Shown here: piece after piece, positions 39,093-50,628 of the stretch
How positions within the stretch are numbered: the stretch's first letter is position 1
Layout: each line of letters begins with the position of its first letter
Assembly: GCA_030867685.1 (NCBI GenBank)
Contig: JAQOWU010000008.1
Span: 3,286,001 to 3,350,000 of the forward strand
Direction: 5' to 3'
Length of the DNA: 64,000 nucleotides
From: Wickerhamiella versatilis
Lineage: Eukaryota
Program-made: the position numbers and the translations under genes
The notes under the pieces: generated by a model
Seen by the model: the letters and a program-made list of their open reading frames with translations, nothing else
What the model was told of the DNA's origin: nothing
Databases searched by the model: none

Positions 39093-41246
39093 ATGTATCC
39101 TGCCGACAGGTATGGCCTTCCAAAGACTGACTTAAAAAAATGGCGGCTTGTTACTGATGAGTATGGCAAACAGAACTGGGTATATGCCCGCACAGAAGCC
39201 GAGGAGGCGGCAATACCTCCAACGCAGTTCACCCGATATCAACTGGGCAACGAGTTCCACCCACCTCAGTTTCCCAAGCCCAAAACGGCCAAAGAGGCGG
39301 CAACTAACTGCTTCCGTTTCCTTTCCTTGCTTCAAGATGACAGTGGAATATTTCCATGCCAGTACGGAGGACCAATGTTTATGCTCATTGGCTATGTGGT
39401 AGCAAAATACTTTTGTGGGGTTCCATTTTCTCCCGAGGAAAGCATTGAAATCTGCAGATATATTGTGAACCGTGCGCATCCCGTGGATGGTGGATGGGGA
39501 TTGCATACTTATGGCGACTCCACTGCGTTCGGGACAACCATAAACTATGTCATTCTGCGTATACTGGGAATGGATGCTGATCACCCCGCGGTTGTAAAAG
39601 CACGGAAGACCCTTCATAATCTCGGAGGGGCAATTGGCAACCCTATGTGGGGAAAGGCGTACCTGTCGCTGCTGAATCTTTATGAATGGGAGGGTGTGAA
39701 TCCAAGCCCCCCTGAATTTTGGATGCTTCCTTACTGGTTACCGATCCACCCTGGCCGGTGGTGGGTGCATACCCGTGCGATATACTTGCCAATGGGTTAT
39801 CTTGCAGCAAGACGTGCGAAGATGGACCTCAATCCACTACTTAAGGAGCTCAGGACGGAGCTTTACACCCGTCCCTACGAAACCATCGATTTCTCCAAGC
39901 ATCGTAATACTGTTTGTGGCGTGGACCTTTACTACCCGCACTCCACTTTACTAAATATCATGAACCAAGGCATGGTGTGGTATGAAAAATACCTTAGGCC
40001 GGACTGGCTTAAGCGACGGTCACTGAAGTATGCAGCATCGCTTGTCGAGGCTGACCTTGAAAACACTGACTGGCTGGCAATTGCTCCGGTCTCCAATGCA
40101 CTCAATGCCATTGTGATGTTTTTGGAGCATGGCCGCAACTCACCCATGTTTGAGCGGTTTCTTTTCCGGTGGCCCGACTTCTTGTACATGACCCCTGAGG
40201 GTATGTTTATGTGCGGAACAAACGGGGTGCAGGTTTGGGATGTGGCTTTCGCGGTTCAGTATTGTGTCATTGCTGGTTTGGCAGATAAAGCTGAATTCCA
40301 TGACACTATCATACGGGCCTATAGGTTCCTGGTCCGATCTCAATTTACCGATGAGACTGTTCCTGGGTCATTTCGCGATAAGCGGATAGGAGGCTGGCCT
40401 TTCAGCACGAAGCCTCAAGGATTTATTGTGAGCGACTGTACGGCAGAGGCAATAAAGGCGCTGATCATGGTACAGAATGTCCCCGGGCTTGAGTTCCTTA
40501 AGGCTGAGATCAGCGAGGAACGGCTCTACCAGGGCATCGACCGGCTACTAGCCATGCAGAACCCCTCAGGGTCTTTTGCCACTTATGAGATAATTAAGGG
40601 CCCCTCTTGGATGGAATCTCTTAATCCAGCAGAAGTATTTGGGAACATTATGGTGGAATACCCCTACGTCGAGTGTACAGACTCGTCTATATTGGGGCTG
40701 CAGTACTTTATGTCGCACTATGCTTACCGGCATGACGACATACGACGGACCGTCGACAAAGCAATTGAGTATATTCTAAGCTATCAGCGTAGCGATGGCT
40801 CGTGGTATGGCTCATGGGGTGTGTGCCATACTTACGCTGGCATGTTTGCCATCGAAGCCCTTTCCACCCAAAATCTGACGTGGAAAAATTGTGAAGCAGT
40901 GCGCAAGGCCTGTGACTTTATTATACGGCGCCAAGAACCTGATGGTGGTTGGGCTGAGGATTTCAGATCGTGCGAGCTTTTCTCTTTCGTTCGACACAAC
41001 AAGTCTGAACCAGTGCAAACCGCTTGGGCAACTATTATGCTGTTACTTGCTGAATATCCTGATAGGGCTGTGCTGGATCGAGCGATCAAGTTCCTAATGG
41101 ATAGGCAGAATCCTGATGGGTCCTACAACCACAACCATGTTGAGGGTGTGTTTAACCACTCATGCGCAATTGAGTACCCCAACTATAAGTTCTACTTCAC
41201 GATGAAGGCACTCGGACTGTATGCCAAAAAGTTTGAAAATGACTAG
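39093..41246 (+). CDS. ERG7: Lanosterol synthase (oxidosqualene cyclase)
   Basis: DGGWGLH, WWVHTR, GTNGVQ.WD and VSDCTAE motifs; QW repeats. Confidence 0.97.
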   Translation: MYPADRYGLPKTDLKKWRLVTDEYGKQNWVYARTEAEEAAIPPTQFTRYQLGNEFHPPQFPKPKTAKEAATNCFRFLSLLQDDSGIFPCQYGGPMFMLIGYVVAKYFCGVPFSPEESIEICRYIVNRAHPVDGGWGLHTYGDSTAFGTTINYVILRILGMDADHPAVVKARKTLHNLGGAIGNPMWGKAYLSLLNLYEWEGVNPSPPEFWMLPYWLPIHPGRWWVHTRAIYLPMGYLAARRAKMDLNPLLKELRTELYTRPYETIDFSKHRNTVCGVDLYYPHSTLLNIMNQGMVWYEKYLRPDWLKRRSLKYAASLVEADLENTDWLAIAPVSNALNAIVMFLEHGRNSPMFERFLFRWPDFLYMTPEGMFMCGTNGVQVWDVAFAVQYCVIAGLADKAEFHDTIIRAYRFLVRSQFTDETVPGSFRDKRIGGWPFSTKPQGFIVSDCTAEAIKALIMVQNVPGLEFLKAEISEERLYQGIDRLLAMQNPSGSFATYEIIKGPSWMESLNPAEVFGNIMVEYPYVECTDSSILGLQYFMSHYAYRHDDIRRTVDKAIEYILSYQRSDGSWYGSWGVCHTYAGMFAIEALSTQNLTWKNCEAVRKACDFIIRRQEPDGGWAEDFRSCELFSFVRHNKSEPVQTAWATIMLLLAEYPDRAVLDRAIKFLMDRQNPDGSYNHNHVEGVFNHSCAIEYPNYKFYFTMKALGLYAKKFEND

Positions 41247-41393
41247 TAGTTCATATATAGCATAGTGTTTTAACGAGCCAGACTAGCCTAGTCTGAATTA
41301 TTCATGAATCGATTGATCTGCCGGAGCCAATTTTTCCAACTAAATTAAAAAAAATTCAAGCAAAAAGGTTGGGTGGTTATTATCCACCTTAAG

Positions 41394-41465
41394 CTTCCCA
41401 ACCAGGGGTCGAACCTGGAATCTTCTGATTCGTAGTCAGACGCCTTGCCATTGGGCCATTGGGAA
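41394..41465 (-). tRNA. tRNA-Arg(ACG), no intron
   Basis: Reverse complement TTCCCAATGGCCCAATGGCAAGGCGTCTGACT-ACG-AATCAGAAGATTCCAGGTTCGACCCCTGGTTGGGAAG forms a full cloverleaf. Confidence 0.96.
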
Positions 41466-41859
41466 CTCCTGTATGCGTAGCTCAGAAATTCTGCCATACA
41501 TGTAGGTAAAGAATGATATGCATGTCTTTTCGTTCACTAAACTTAGCTTTCGACAAGGTGACAATCGGCACAGTACACATGATAGTGCATGTATAAGCAT
41601 TCATACGCGATCGAACCGGGAGGTGAGGGTTCCTACCTGACCTGCAGCCTAATATGTAAGCCAACGGGCCCAGTGTAACCCCCAAAAGAAACGCCGCACG
41701 TTTCCCTCCAAGTCCTCCATTTTAGGCCATGTAATTCTCCGGTAACTCTTCTTCACCTCTCTGCACCGTGCCTTCCTGCTAGTTCAAGTCAATTATTTGT
41801 TATGGTCTGCTGTGTCAGCGACGCGCTCCCTCTTCCCACTTTCCACTTTCCCACCACCA

Positions 41860-42285
41860 ATGTCTGGAGGTAAAGGCAAAGGCGGCAAGGGAGGAAAGGG
41901 AAAGTCTGGTACATCTTCGCGTACCCAGACTTCCCATTCTGCCCGTGCCGGATTGAACTTCCCAGTTGGACGTATCAAGAGGTTTTTGAAGAGAACAGTT
42001 CAGAATAAGATCCGTGTCGGTGCCAAGGCTGCCATTTACCTTGCCGCTGTAATGGAGTATCTTACAGCAGAGGTCCTAGAGCTTGCTGGTAATGCTGCAA
42101 AAGACTTGAACGTGAAGCGTATCACGCCACGACACATTCAGTTGGCAGTTCGTGGCGACGAAGAATTGGACCAGCTAATTCGGGCCACTATTTCTGGTGG
42201 TGGTGTGATGCCCCACGTCTCTAAGAACCGTCTTCTGAAGGTTGAGGTTGTAAAGCAACAGAAGGAGGCCACAAAGCCGAAATAA
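41860..42285 (+). CDS. HTZ1: Histone variant H2A.Z
   Basis: [42 protein letters not shown] and RGDEELD.LIRATI motifs. Confidence 0.95.
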   Translation: MSGGKGKGGKGGKGKSGTSSRTQTSHSARAGLNFPVGRIKRFLKRTVQNKIRVGAKAAIYLAAVMEYLTAEVLELAGNAAKDLNVKRITPRHIQLAVRGDEELDQLIRATISGGGVMPHVSKNRLLKVEVVKQQKEATKPK

Positions 42286-42658
42286 ATGGCCAACCTCCTC
42301 AGACCGTGGTTGCCACTTGTTGATTATTAACGAGAGTCTTGGACCTGCTCGTCTACACCCCCCGGGGGCACCAGCGAGCGATTTTGTACAATAGTAGACT
42401 AATAACATTTGTATTAGATTTTTGAACACTTCTGTCTGTCAAACCATAAATGCCCATAGGGTTGGCTTGATGTACGAAATCTCGGAGGTCTTGTCGTCAT
42501 TAACTAACCCGCACCCACCCCATCACATGCATAATCAAATCGAATATTTCCAACTCATGGGGAGTCATCTACCCGAGTTGACTCGGTGCTCGAAGGTACT
42601 CAGGTCTGGCCCGAGTTACGCATCGCATCTTTCCCATCGTCATTTCGGACAAAAAAAT

Positions 42659-43810
42659 ATGCGGCGCTTTTTGGGCAGAAGACAATTGAGTAGCTTGAAG
42701 GATTTGGCCAAAACACCACTCTACGATCTCCACGTCGAGAATCGGGGAAAAATGGTGGGATATGCTGGATTTGCCTTGCCGGTTGTGTATGCTGGGCAAA
42801 CGCATGTTGAGTCCCATCGTTGGACCCGCAGTCATGCAGGTCTATTTGATGTGAGCCACATGGTGCAGCACAAATTTACCGGAGCAGATGCTACGAAGTT
42901 CCTTGAGACTGTTACCCCTAGCGACATCCAGGCACTTCGACCATTTACCTCGACACTTTCTGTGCTTCTCAACTCGCGGGGTGGAATTGTGGATGATACG
43001 ATAATTTCCCGCCATGGTGAAAACGACTATTATGTGGTTACCAACGCAGGTTGTCGTGAGAAGGACTTGGCGTTTCTCAAATCACAAATGGAAAACCTCG
43101 ATGTAGAACACCAGCTAATTTCGGGGGCATTGCTTGCTTTGCAAGGGCCTGAAGCGGCAGGTGTCTTACAGAAGCTCACAAATTTTGACCTTAGCGAGAT
43201 CGGCTTTGGCCAATCGGCATTTGCTGAGTTGTCTGGGACAGGTAAGCGGTACCACATCGCCCGTGGAGGATACACTGGTGAGGACGGGTTTGAAATTTCA
43301 ATTCCGGACAATGAGTTCTCAGTTGAATTTGCGAAGTCTCTGTTAAAATTCCCGGCAGTGCAGCCTGTGGGGCTTGCCGCTCGGGATTCTTTACGTCTCG
43401 AAGCGGGGATGTGTTTATATGGCCATGAACTTACGGAAGATATAGATCCTGTGAGTGCAAGGCTTGCCTGGGTGATTGGTAAACGCCGAAGAGCTGAGGG
43501 TGGCTTCAATGGAGCAGAGGCAATTCTCAAAAAGTTGGCCGAGAAGTCGGGCACTCTTCGATCTGGCCTGATCTCCAGCGGTCCGGCCCCGCGCCAAGGG
43601 GCAAAGGTCTACGACCTCGATGGTAATCTCGCCGGTGAAATAACCTCAGGCTGCTTGTCCCCGGTACTTGGCAAGAACATAGCTATGGCCTATTTGCCTC
43701 GAGGTACTGCGAAGACCGGAACGCGGGTGGATATCGAAATAAGGGGTAAAAAGCGACCGGCTGAAGTGGTAAAAATGCCCTTTGTGGCGACAAATTATTA
43801 CCGCAAATAG
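42659..43810 (+). CDS. GCV1: Glycine cleavage T-protein
   Basis: KTPLYDLH, GLFDVSHM, RGGYTGEDGFEI and ARDSLRLEAGMCLYG motifs. Presequence from ATG 42659. Confidence 0.96.
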   Translation: MRRFLGRRQLSSLKDLAKTPLYDLHVENRGKMVGYAGFALPVVYAGQTHVESHRWTRSHAGLFDVSHMVQHKFTGADATKFLETVTPSDIQALRPFTSTLSVLLNSRGGIVDDTIISRHGENDYYVVTNAGCREKDLAFLKSQMENLDVEHQLISGALLALQGPEAAGVLQKLTNFDLSEIGFGQSAFAELSGTGKRYHIARGGYTGEDGFEISIPDNEFSVEFAKSLLKFPAVQPVGLAARDSLRLEAGMCLYGHELTEDIDPVSARLAWVIGKRRRAEGGFNGAEAILKKLAEKSGTLRSGLISSGPAPRQGAKVYDLDGNLAGEITSGCLSPVLGKNIAMAYLPRGTAKTGTRVDIEIRGKKRPAEVVKMPFVATNYYRK

Positions 43811-43924
43811 CCGAATTTTTTGTTACCGAAATCTTAAATGAAAGATTATTGACATGTTCATAGTCACATTATACTATTTTTCTACACTCTCAACAGTCTT
43901 AAGTTCTATATACACCTTAGCAAC

Positions 43925-44473
43925 TTACTCTTTAGAGTTTGTTTGTGCTTTCTTTTTCTCATCTTCTGCTGCTTTCGTAGCGGTCGCGCTACGCTCTTTT
44001 GCTTGCTCACGCAAAATATTGAGGACCAGCGGCCGCACGTCGTCTGAAACAACAAAATCCTGGTCTTTAGGAATTATTGTCTTCTCCTTCAACTTATCCT
44101 TTATCCAATCGAGTTCCTCTTGCAATACTCTGATGTCGTCCTCTATTGATGCCCTTCTTTTGCTTTCCTTACGTCGTGATCGCCACGTTTCAAACAGAAG
44201 TGCGCCGGCAGCCACCGAGAATACAACGCCCTCAGAAAGAAAATTCGCACCGGCCTGAATTGCTTTTGCATCATTCAGGGGTCGAATTTTGATATTTTCT
44301 TCATTCAGCAACTTAAGACGGATATTCATATCCAGTCTGTGCTTGAACTGCGCGAATCGAATGCAAAAGCGTCGAAATTTAGGATGCTCCTTCGCATTAG
44401 ACTTGATAGTGTTCGCAAGTGGCTTCGACAGCTGCCTCACGAATAGCGAAGTGAGTTTCAAGGGCAAGCTCAT
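43925..44473 (-). CDS. OPA3-like mitochondrial protein
   Basis: KL.SL.VRQLSKPLAN, IRPLNDAKAIQAGANFLSE and FSVA motifs. Confidence 0.92.
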   Translation of the reverse strand: MSLPLKLTSLFVRQLSKPLANTIKSNAKEHPKFRRFCIRFAQFKHRLDMNIRLKLLNEENIKIRPLNDAKAIQAGANFLSEGVVFSVAAGALLFETWRSRRKESKRRASIEDDIRVLQEELDWIKDKLKEKTIIPKDQDFVVSDDVRPLVLNILREQAKERSATATKAAEDEKKKAQTNSKE

Positions 44474-44912
44474 CGCATTCGAGCCAGTGCTGAGAGCAGT
44501 CCTTGTTGCTTACAAGCCAACAATGGCCAGGTGGGTGGAGGTCATTCTCCTCTCCCATTGTGTATGGTACTTGAGCACAGTCCTGGGGAATCTGTGTCAA
44601 GAGTCGTGATCTAGCACATTAAACAAGCCCGGTATCAAGTTCACAAGCCATTGTGCACTACAACCTAAGATACCTTGGAGACACATAATCCAATCCACTA
44701 GTTCTTATACATCATACATACACAACTATTGATCCAATGCCTCTAATAATCTCCTCTTGGCAAGCCGAAAAGGTTCCTTTCACCCAAAATATCCCCCAGA
44801 GGAGTTCATCAAACATTCATGCTTGAAATATGTGTTAGTCATCATGAGAAGAGTAGGGTTCTCTGGCTGCTGACCTCAGCGTTTCGTCCTCCCATTGGCT
44901 CTCTCATCCACG

Positions 44913-45782
44913 ATGATTTCACGCATTGCCCTTGGCTCCGTGAGACAGGTCGCGCGGCCTACACGTACCTATGCTACGCTGAGGGAGATTGAAACTCGGT
45001 TGAAGTCGATCAAAAACATTGAGAAGATCACCAAGACCATGATGATCGTTGCTTCTACCCGTATGGGTAAAGCTCAGCGTGCCATGGAGCGCTCGCGGGT
45101 TTATGACGCTGCAGCAAACACTGTTTATGAGAAAGCCGAGGCAGCGGCTCCTGAGACCCCTGAGAAGAGTCTTCTCGTGGTTATGAGCTCGGACAAGGGT
45201 CTTTGTGGCTCCATCCACTCACAGCTGGCCCGTACAGCACGAAAAATTTTGGACGAATCGCCAAACGTGGACCTTGCTGTTGTCGGTGACAAGAGTAAGG
45301 CCCAGCTTAGCCGTACCCATCCTGAGCGTCTCCTGCTCAGTTTTGCCGGCCCCGGTAAGGAGGCACCAACCTTCAGCGAGGCTGCTTTGATTGCTGACGA
45401 GCTTCAGAAGCTCCCTACTAAGTACGACAAGGTTACCTTGCTCTTCAACAAGTATGTTTCGTCCGTCTCTTTCCAGCCAACGCTGAAGGATGTCTATCCT
45501 GAGTCCCAGCTGGAAGCGGCACCGAAGTTCGGCTCCTACGAAGTTGAGGAGGAGGACGTACCCACTGACTTTAGCGAGTTCAATCTTGCAAACTTCATTC
45601 TTGCCGGTTTGTCTGAAGGCCATGCCGCAGAAATTTCGGCTCGTCGTAATGCCATGGACAACGCGTCTAAGAACGCAGGTGACATGATCAACAAGTACTC
45701 TATTCTCTACAACCGTACCCGACAGGCCGTCATCACCAACGAGCTGGTGGATATCATTACCGGTGCCTCGTCGCTCGAATAA
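44913..45782 (+). CDS. ATP3: ATP synthase F1 gamma subunit
   Basis: ATLREIE.RLKSIKNIEKITKTM, SDKGLCG and YNRTRQAVITNELVDIITGA motifs. Confidence 0.98.
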   Translation: MISRIALGSVRQVARPTRTYATLREIETRLKSIKNIEKITKTMMIVASTRMGKAQRAMERSRVYDAAANTVYEKAEAAAPETPEKSLLVVMSSDKGLCGSIHSQLARTARKILDESPNVDLAVVGDKSKAQLSRTHPERLLLSFAGPGKEAPTFSEAALIADELQKLPTKYDKVTLLFNKYVSSVSFQPTLKDVYPESQLEAAPKFGSYEVEEEDVPTDFSEFNLANFILAGLSEGHAAEISARRNAMDNASKNAGDMINKYSILYNRTRQAVITNELVDIITGASSLE

Positions 45783-45884
45783 AAATGTCCGTAGAAATAA
45801 CGTTACTTATATAGCGAAGGTAAACTTCCTATCGAAAGATCATGCGTACGTATTTACTTTTTACATTATACCTCGAGAATGCTA

Positions 45885-46958
45885 TCAATCGCCCATCCAC
45901 TGGCGGTACTTCTTCATTAGCCTGGTTAGGAGCAATAGTGTCAATGGGGTGTTGAAAGCAGCATAAAGCTCTGACAGCGAATTAAGGCGCGGAGATGTGA
46001 CAAGAGGCTCTAATCCGGTGCTGTTCGTGGCTAGCTGCTCGTATATTCTATCCTTCTCCATCCACCGCTGATAGAGCCACTGGGTCATCTTCTCGTCATC
46101 GTCATAAGGGATCTCAGATACCTCGAATCGGCGGATATGCACCCGGATCTCAGGCGGACCCTCGTTGGCCAAATATACCTTTGCAAGACGGTAGTGACTC
46201 TCCCCAGACTCACCCGGTGGAATTCCGGTGTAGTAAATGGTAAAATCGTAGAGCTCCTTGATGGTTCCCTCTAAACTTTGTAGGCAGGCCTGCAGCCCCT
46301 TGACCCTGGGAAGCAACAGGTTCTTTGGGTGGTACTGCACGAGACCAGCCTTCTCGGCGTAGGCCATGCTACGCGAGTGGGTATGCTTGTTAACCACTGT
46401 CCCCTCAGGGAAGACAACCAGCCAGGTGGGCCACTGTTTATCTGAGGCAATAACTTTCATCTTTTCATCAATCTCCGTCCTGTCCTCATTCCATTTGCGG
46501 CTAAGGAACAAATAGCCAAAATTTTGCATAGCCCATCCAACCACTGGAATGTACTTCAAACTTCGCTTAAGCATGATGTACACGCTACCAGAGGCATCAT
46601 TGACATATGCCAGCCACCAGATGTTAATCCAATCGCTGTATATCTGGTGGTTAGAGGTAATGACCGCCCTTTGTGCCAGCCGCGAGTGAAGCGTTCCATT
46701 TTCCGGGTCTACAACAAATTTTGCTCGAAGCTGTGGTTCCACATACACAGAAAACTTCGAGCTGGCGAAAAGTTGCTGCACCGATACGAGAAGTGCGCCA
46801 AAATGCCCCTTTTGGACATCCCTCCACGCCCGCCAGGTAACAGGCGAGAAAAACCTAAGAGGATAGGCTAACAACATAGTGAAGTATAATGAAAGAGTTA
46901 GTGTGGTAAAGTAAACCACGATGGCACTACCACGTAGGTATTCCTTCAACGGCCGCAT
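45885..46958 (-). CDS. Lysophospholipid acyltransferase (Cst26/YDR018C-like)
   Basis: SNHQIYSDW, FLSRKW, FPEGT and LLLPR motifs. Confidence 0.92.
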   Translation of the reverse strand: MRPLKEYLRGSAIVVYFTTLTLSLYFTMLLAYPLRFFSPVTWRAWRDVQKGHFGALLVSVQQLFASSKFSVYVEPQLRAKFVVDPENGTLHSRLAQRAVITSNHQIYSDWINIWWLAYVNDASGSVYIMLKRSLKYIPVVGWAMQNFGYLFLSRKWNEDRTEIDEKMKVIASDKQWPTWLVVFPEGTVVNKHTHSRSMAYAEKAGLVQYHPKNLLLPRVKGLQACLQSLEGTIKELYDFTIYYTGIPPGESGESHYRLAKVYLANEGPPEIRVHIRRFEVSEIPYDDDEKMTQWLYQRWMEKDRIYEQLATNSTGLEPLVTSPRLNSLSELYAAFNTPLTLLLLTRLMKKYRQWMGD

Positions 46959-47612
46959 AGTTTTTTCTGTCGGTTCCGCTGACAGACCATATCTGGCCCG
47001 GGTGACTGAATCAGGCGACCATGGAAGGGAATGTAGAAATGGCTATTGTGGCGATTTCTACACTTAGCAGGCTCCACATAGTTCTGAACAAACGTGTCTG
47101 GACTGGGAAATAGCCATATAAGGCCAATCCCCCCACCTCCCCCTAAGATCGACATCTATCGAGATTGTTTTCTAACTTAGATAGGCAATATCCTGAGGGG
47201 AAACAACAGCTACATGGAGTAATAATGCATTGTAATTAGACGCAGTATTTTATGTACGTAAAGCAAAGCACGGAACACTTACTTACGCTATTTCCGAGGC
47301 GGTTTCCTAGTCAGGGTCAGATAACGTATTAGTAATCGAGCTATCGCACCTGACGCAATCCCCGTTGGCCAATGGTCAAGTAGGAGCCAATTGACCCTAG
47401 CTGTTCAGTCCAGATACTACCTTATAGCACTCTCAAGTACTTATCTCCTGAAACTAGCCGTATTTCGCCTGGTGGCGTGCCTAGCTGGGCTAAACTCATT
47501 GACCCCAAGAACCTAGCCCTGCTCCTACGGGTATGGGCTTGGGCATGGTTGGGACTTAGGCAATTGCCCCCTCCCTCCCATAACACACCCACACATATCG
47601 GCTCTGGTGGCA

Positions 47613-47969
47613 ATGCGCTCCCAATTCAAGGACGACTACCCATTCGACTCGCGTAAGGCAGAGGCGGATAGGATTCGCCAGAAATATACCGGGCGCATCC
47701 CTGTTATCTGCGAGAAGGTCGATAAATCGGACATCGCCGGCATTGACAAGCGCAAGTATCTGGTCCCTGCGGACCTAACCGTAGGCCAATTCGTGTACGT
47801 GATCCGCAAGCGTATCAAGCTCGAGCCGGAAAAGGCCATCTTCATCTTCGTTAATGATGTGCTACCGCCGACCTCAGCACTCATGAGCACTATCTATGAC
47901 GAACATAAGGATAAGGACGGGTTTCTTTACGTTACGTATTCGGGCGAGAACACGTTTGGTTCTGCCTAG
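47613..47969 (+). CDS. ATG8: Autophagy ubiquitin-like protein Atg8
   Basis: [21 protein letters not shown] and YSGENTFG motifs. Confidence 0.98.
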   Translation: MRSQFKDDYPFDSRKAEADRIRQKYTGRIPVICEKVDKSDIAGIDKRKYLVPADLTVGQFVYVIRKRIKLEPEKAIFIFVNDVLPPTSALMSTIYDEHKDKDGFLYVTYSGENTFGSA

Positions 47970-48039
47970 GTTAGAGGGTAATTATTCTTTAAGATTCCAC
48001 ATTAAGCTTTTATTTCTATGTACAGTGGGCGAACATGTA

Positions 48040-48500
48040 GTCACGACGTGTTGTGTGACCCCGCGTTGGTGTCATAAAGGTACGGTTGTGCAAGCCATGA
48101 TGAATGGTGCATCTCAGAGCTGGATGCAGCTTGCCTCCGTGGAAAGCCATTGCGTTAAGTTATCATTCGGGTAAATGGTATAGATGATCTAGTATCAGGT
48201 GTAGTCACTTACTTGCCTTGCTTCGGCTGGAACGAGCCCATAATGCTTTATTTAGCTGAATTGGTTGACGTTGATCAATAGGGCTTCCACACTGACGGGC
48301 AACGAAGGCATATGTACGTGCAATGGTAGTGACGTGCATTGAACCGTATTAACCAGTGGCAACTGCAACACTAGACGAGCGCTGAAAGCAATTTCTTTAT
48401 GCTTCAGGGACCAGGAGCAAGTTTCCGCAAGGTGTAAGGCGCAAGGTGCAAGGTGCAAGGCGGCAGTGCCACACAGAACACAGGATCCTGCGCAACATCT
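48040..48500 (+). ncRNA. Candidate structured ncRNA between the ATG8 and CIT1 3' ends
   Basis: Nested long-range helices with G-U pairs on the + strand (see findings). Confidence 0.4.
48427..48461. repeat. 5 x 7-bp tandem repeat GYAAGGY
   Basis: gcaaggt gtaaggc gcaaggt gcaaggt gcaaggc. Confidence 0.9.
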
Positions 48501-48585
48501 AGAAAACAATTTAGACGTTAAAAGTCCTTTAGATTGACGTATATTGATCTATGGGTGAGTTAACTTCGTTACAATTTAATGTTGC

Positions 48586-49968
48586 TTAAAACTTGAATCC
48601 GACCTTCTCCGCAAGCTTGGCAGTGGAGAACGACTTGGGGCGCTCAATTGGCAGACCCATGGCACGGTCGATAATCAGCTGGGGCAACACACCGAGAGCA
48701 CGGGCAACCGAGAACAGAACAGTGTAGTAAGACTGCTCAGTCAAGCCGTAGTACTGCAGCAGGACACCAGAGTGGGCGTCGACATTAGGCCACGGGTTCT
48801 TGATCTTCTGGTTGGCACCGAGCACGCCAGGAGCGACCTGGTAGATCTGGCTCACAAGCTTGAACAGACCGTAGTCAGGCAGGTGCTTGAGGCCGAACTC
48901 ACGCTGGGCCATGTAACGGGGGTCGGTCTTACGGAGGACGGCGTGACCGTAACCAGGCACAACACGGCCAGAGTTGAGGGTATCCCACAGATATTTCTCA
49001 ATCTGCTCGTTTGAAACGTTGTCACCAATCTCCTCACGCATGGCAAGGATCCACTCAAGCACCTCCTGGTTAGCACGGCCGTGCAATGGGCCGGCAAGAC
49101 CATTGAAGCCAGCAGCAACTGACAGGTATGGGCTGGAAAGAGCAGATCCAACAAGGTGGGTGGTGTGGGCAGACACGTTACCACCCTCGTGGTCGGAGTG
49201 GATGGTCAAGTACAAACGCATGAGCTCGGTGAACTCAGGGTTCTCGAAGCCAAGCTGCTTGACGAAGTTCGCCGAGTAATCGAGGCTGGCGTCAGTCTCA
49301 CCGACAACACCATCCTTAAACACATTGCGGTAAATCAAAGCAGCAATGGAAGGAAGCTTGGCGATCAAGTCGAGGGAATCCTCGAAAGTGTAGCCCCAGT
49401 AGTCCTTCTTGTTGACACCCTTCTCGTAGGCCTTGGCGAACTCAGACTCAGACTCAAGAGCGTTAACGGCAATAGAGAGCTGAGCCATTGGGTGAAGGTT
49501 CTTGGGAGCATGGGCCAAAAGGTCCACAACATGGCCTGGGAGCTTAGAGCGGGCGTGAAGCTCAGAACTAAGGGCCTTGATCTGGGCGTCGCTTGGAATC
49601 TCACCAGTCAAGAGTAGCCAGAAAAGGGCCTCAGGCAGAGGCTCCTGAGAGCCTGGGGCCTTAGGAAGCAACTTGCTGACCTCGGGGATAGTGTAGCCAC
49701 GGAAGCGGATACCCTCATCTGGGTCAAGAACACTGCCTTCCCACACAAGGCCAGGGATACCGCGCATACCACCATAAACCTGGTCAAGCTTGACGTCACC
49801 AAGGACTGCGCTACCTTTGGCAGCACGGAGAGCCTTAATCTCTTCCTGCTTCTGGGGAATCTGGGCACCAAAAACCTCCTTAAGAGTTGGTTCCTTAGTG
49901 CTGTACGCAGCACGAGCCAAGATCTGGCGCGCGTTAGGACGAAGTACCTTTGTGTAGGACGACAACAT
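48586..49968 (-). CDS. CIT1: Mitochondrial citrate synthase
   Basis: [31 protein letters not shown] and [11 protein letters not shown] motifs. ATG at 49968. Confidence 0.98.
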   Translation of the reverse strand: MLSSYTKVLRPNARQILARAAYSTKEPTLKEVFGAQIPQKQEEIKALRAAKGSAVLGDVKLDQVYGGMRGIPGLVWEGSVLDPDEGIRFRGYTIPEVSKLLPKAPGSQEPLPEALFWLLLTGEIPSDAQIKALSSELHARSKLPGHVVDLLAHAPKNLHPMAQLSIAVNALESESEFAKAYEKGVNKKDYWGYTFEDSLDLIAKLPSIAALIYRNVFKDGVVGETDASLDYSANFVKQLGFENPEFTELMRLYLTIHSDHEGGNVSAHTTHLVGSALSSPYLSVAAGFNGLAGPLHGRANQEVLEWILAMREEIGDNVSNEQIEKYLWDTLNSGRVVPGYGHAVLRKTDPRYMAQREFGLKHLPDYGLFKLVSQIYQVAPGVLGANQKIKNPWPNVDAHSGVLLQYYGLTEQSYYTVLFSVARALGVLPQLIIDRAMGLPIERPKSFSTAKLAEKVGFKF

Positions 49969-50628
49969 TTTTTCAGATAAGAACAATTAAAGTGAGCGAT
50001 GCTCTGCTTATATACCCCAGGAAATAGTAAATCGGGCTGACCAATAGGAGCTTAGTATCGGAGATACTCGACTTCTAGTTGTCCACAAGGAATTCAATCA
50101 CCTGCACTCCGGTATTCCAATGCATCGTATCCACTTGATAAATATTAAATCAATTTTCCACAGTTACTTCTTTGCAAATTTCCCGCGAAGATCACTGGGG
50201 TGGGCTAGGTCAAAAGGGGGGTCCGGCGCCATGATGCAATTCGATGTCCGACCGCATCTACTTGCAATTTTGGCGGTAGTTCTTTTATAAATTGGGCTCT
50301 CACCATAATATGTATATAATCCATGTCCACCGGTGACTCACATTTGCACTTCGAGGTTTTTCCGACCGTTGAGGAATACCCTCAGGATCCGTCAATGGAT
50401 TTGAAATCCCCGGGCCATTCTAATCTTGCTGAGACGCCATTCTCAACTAGCCTAACTTCAAGAGGCCCTTACGGTTGGGACTTGTTACCTGAGCGACGTA
50501 AAGCAAATAATATAGCAATGCCAGTCATCCCTTGAACTAGTAGACTATAGCAGAGAAATTGGTGAGATCATCGGTGATAGGCTTTTAAAAAAAATTACAT
50601 ACAATCCTATATACAATCGCACCACTTC

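Noticed and set aside
39093-41246. Oxidosqualene cyclase with a novel product
   Set aside because: Lanosterol-type residues are present (WVH, GTNG, VSDCTAE), and no tailoring genes are adjacent.
48190-48215. ATCAGGTGTAGT resembling the U2 branch-recognition region
   Set aside because: Flanks lack U2 stem I and the ATCTGTTCTT / stem IIa sequence.
48772-49913. Multiple long antisense or alternate-frame ORFs over CIT1 (likewise ATP3, PSA1, GCV1, ERG7, ACC1, CCX)
   Set aside because: Shadow ORFs expected from codon bias in real genes; no recognisable motifs.
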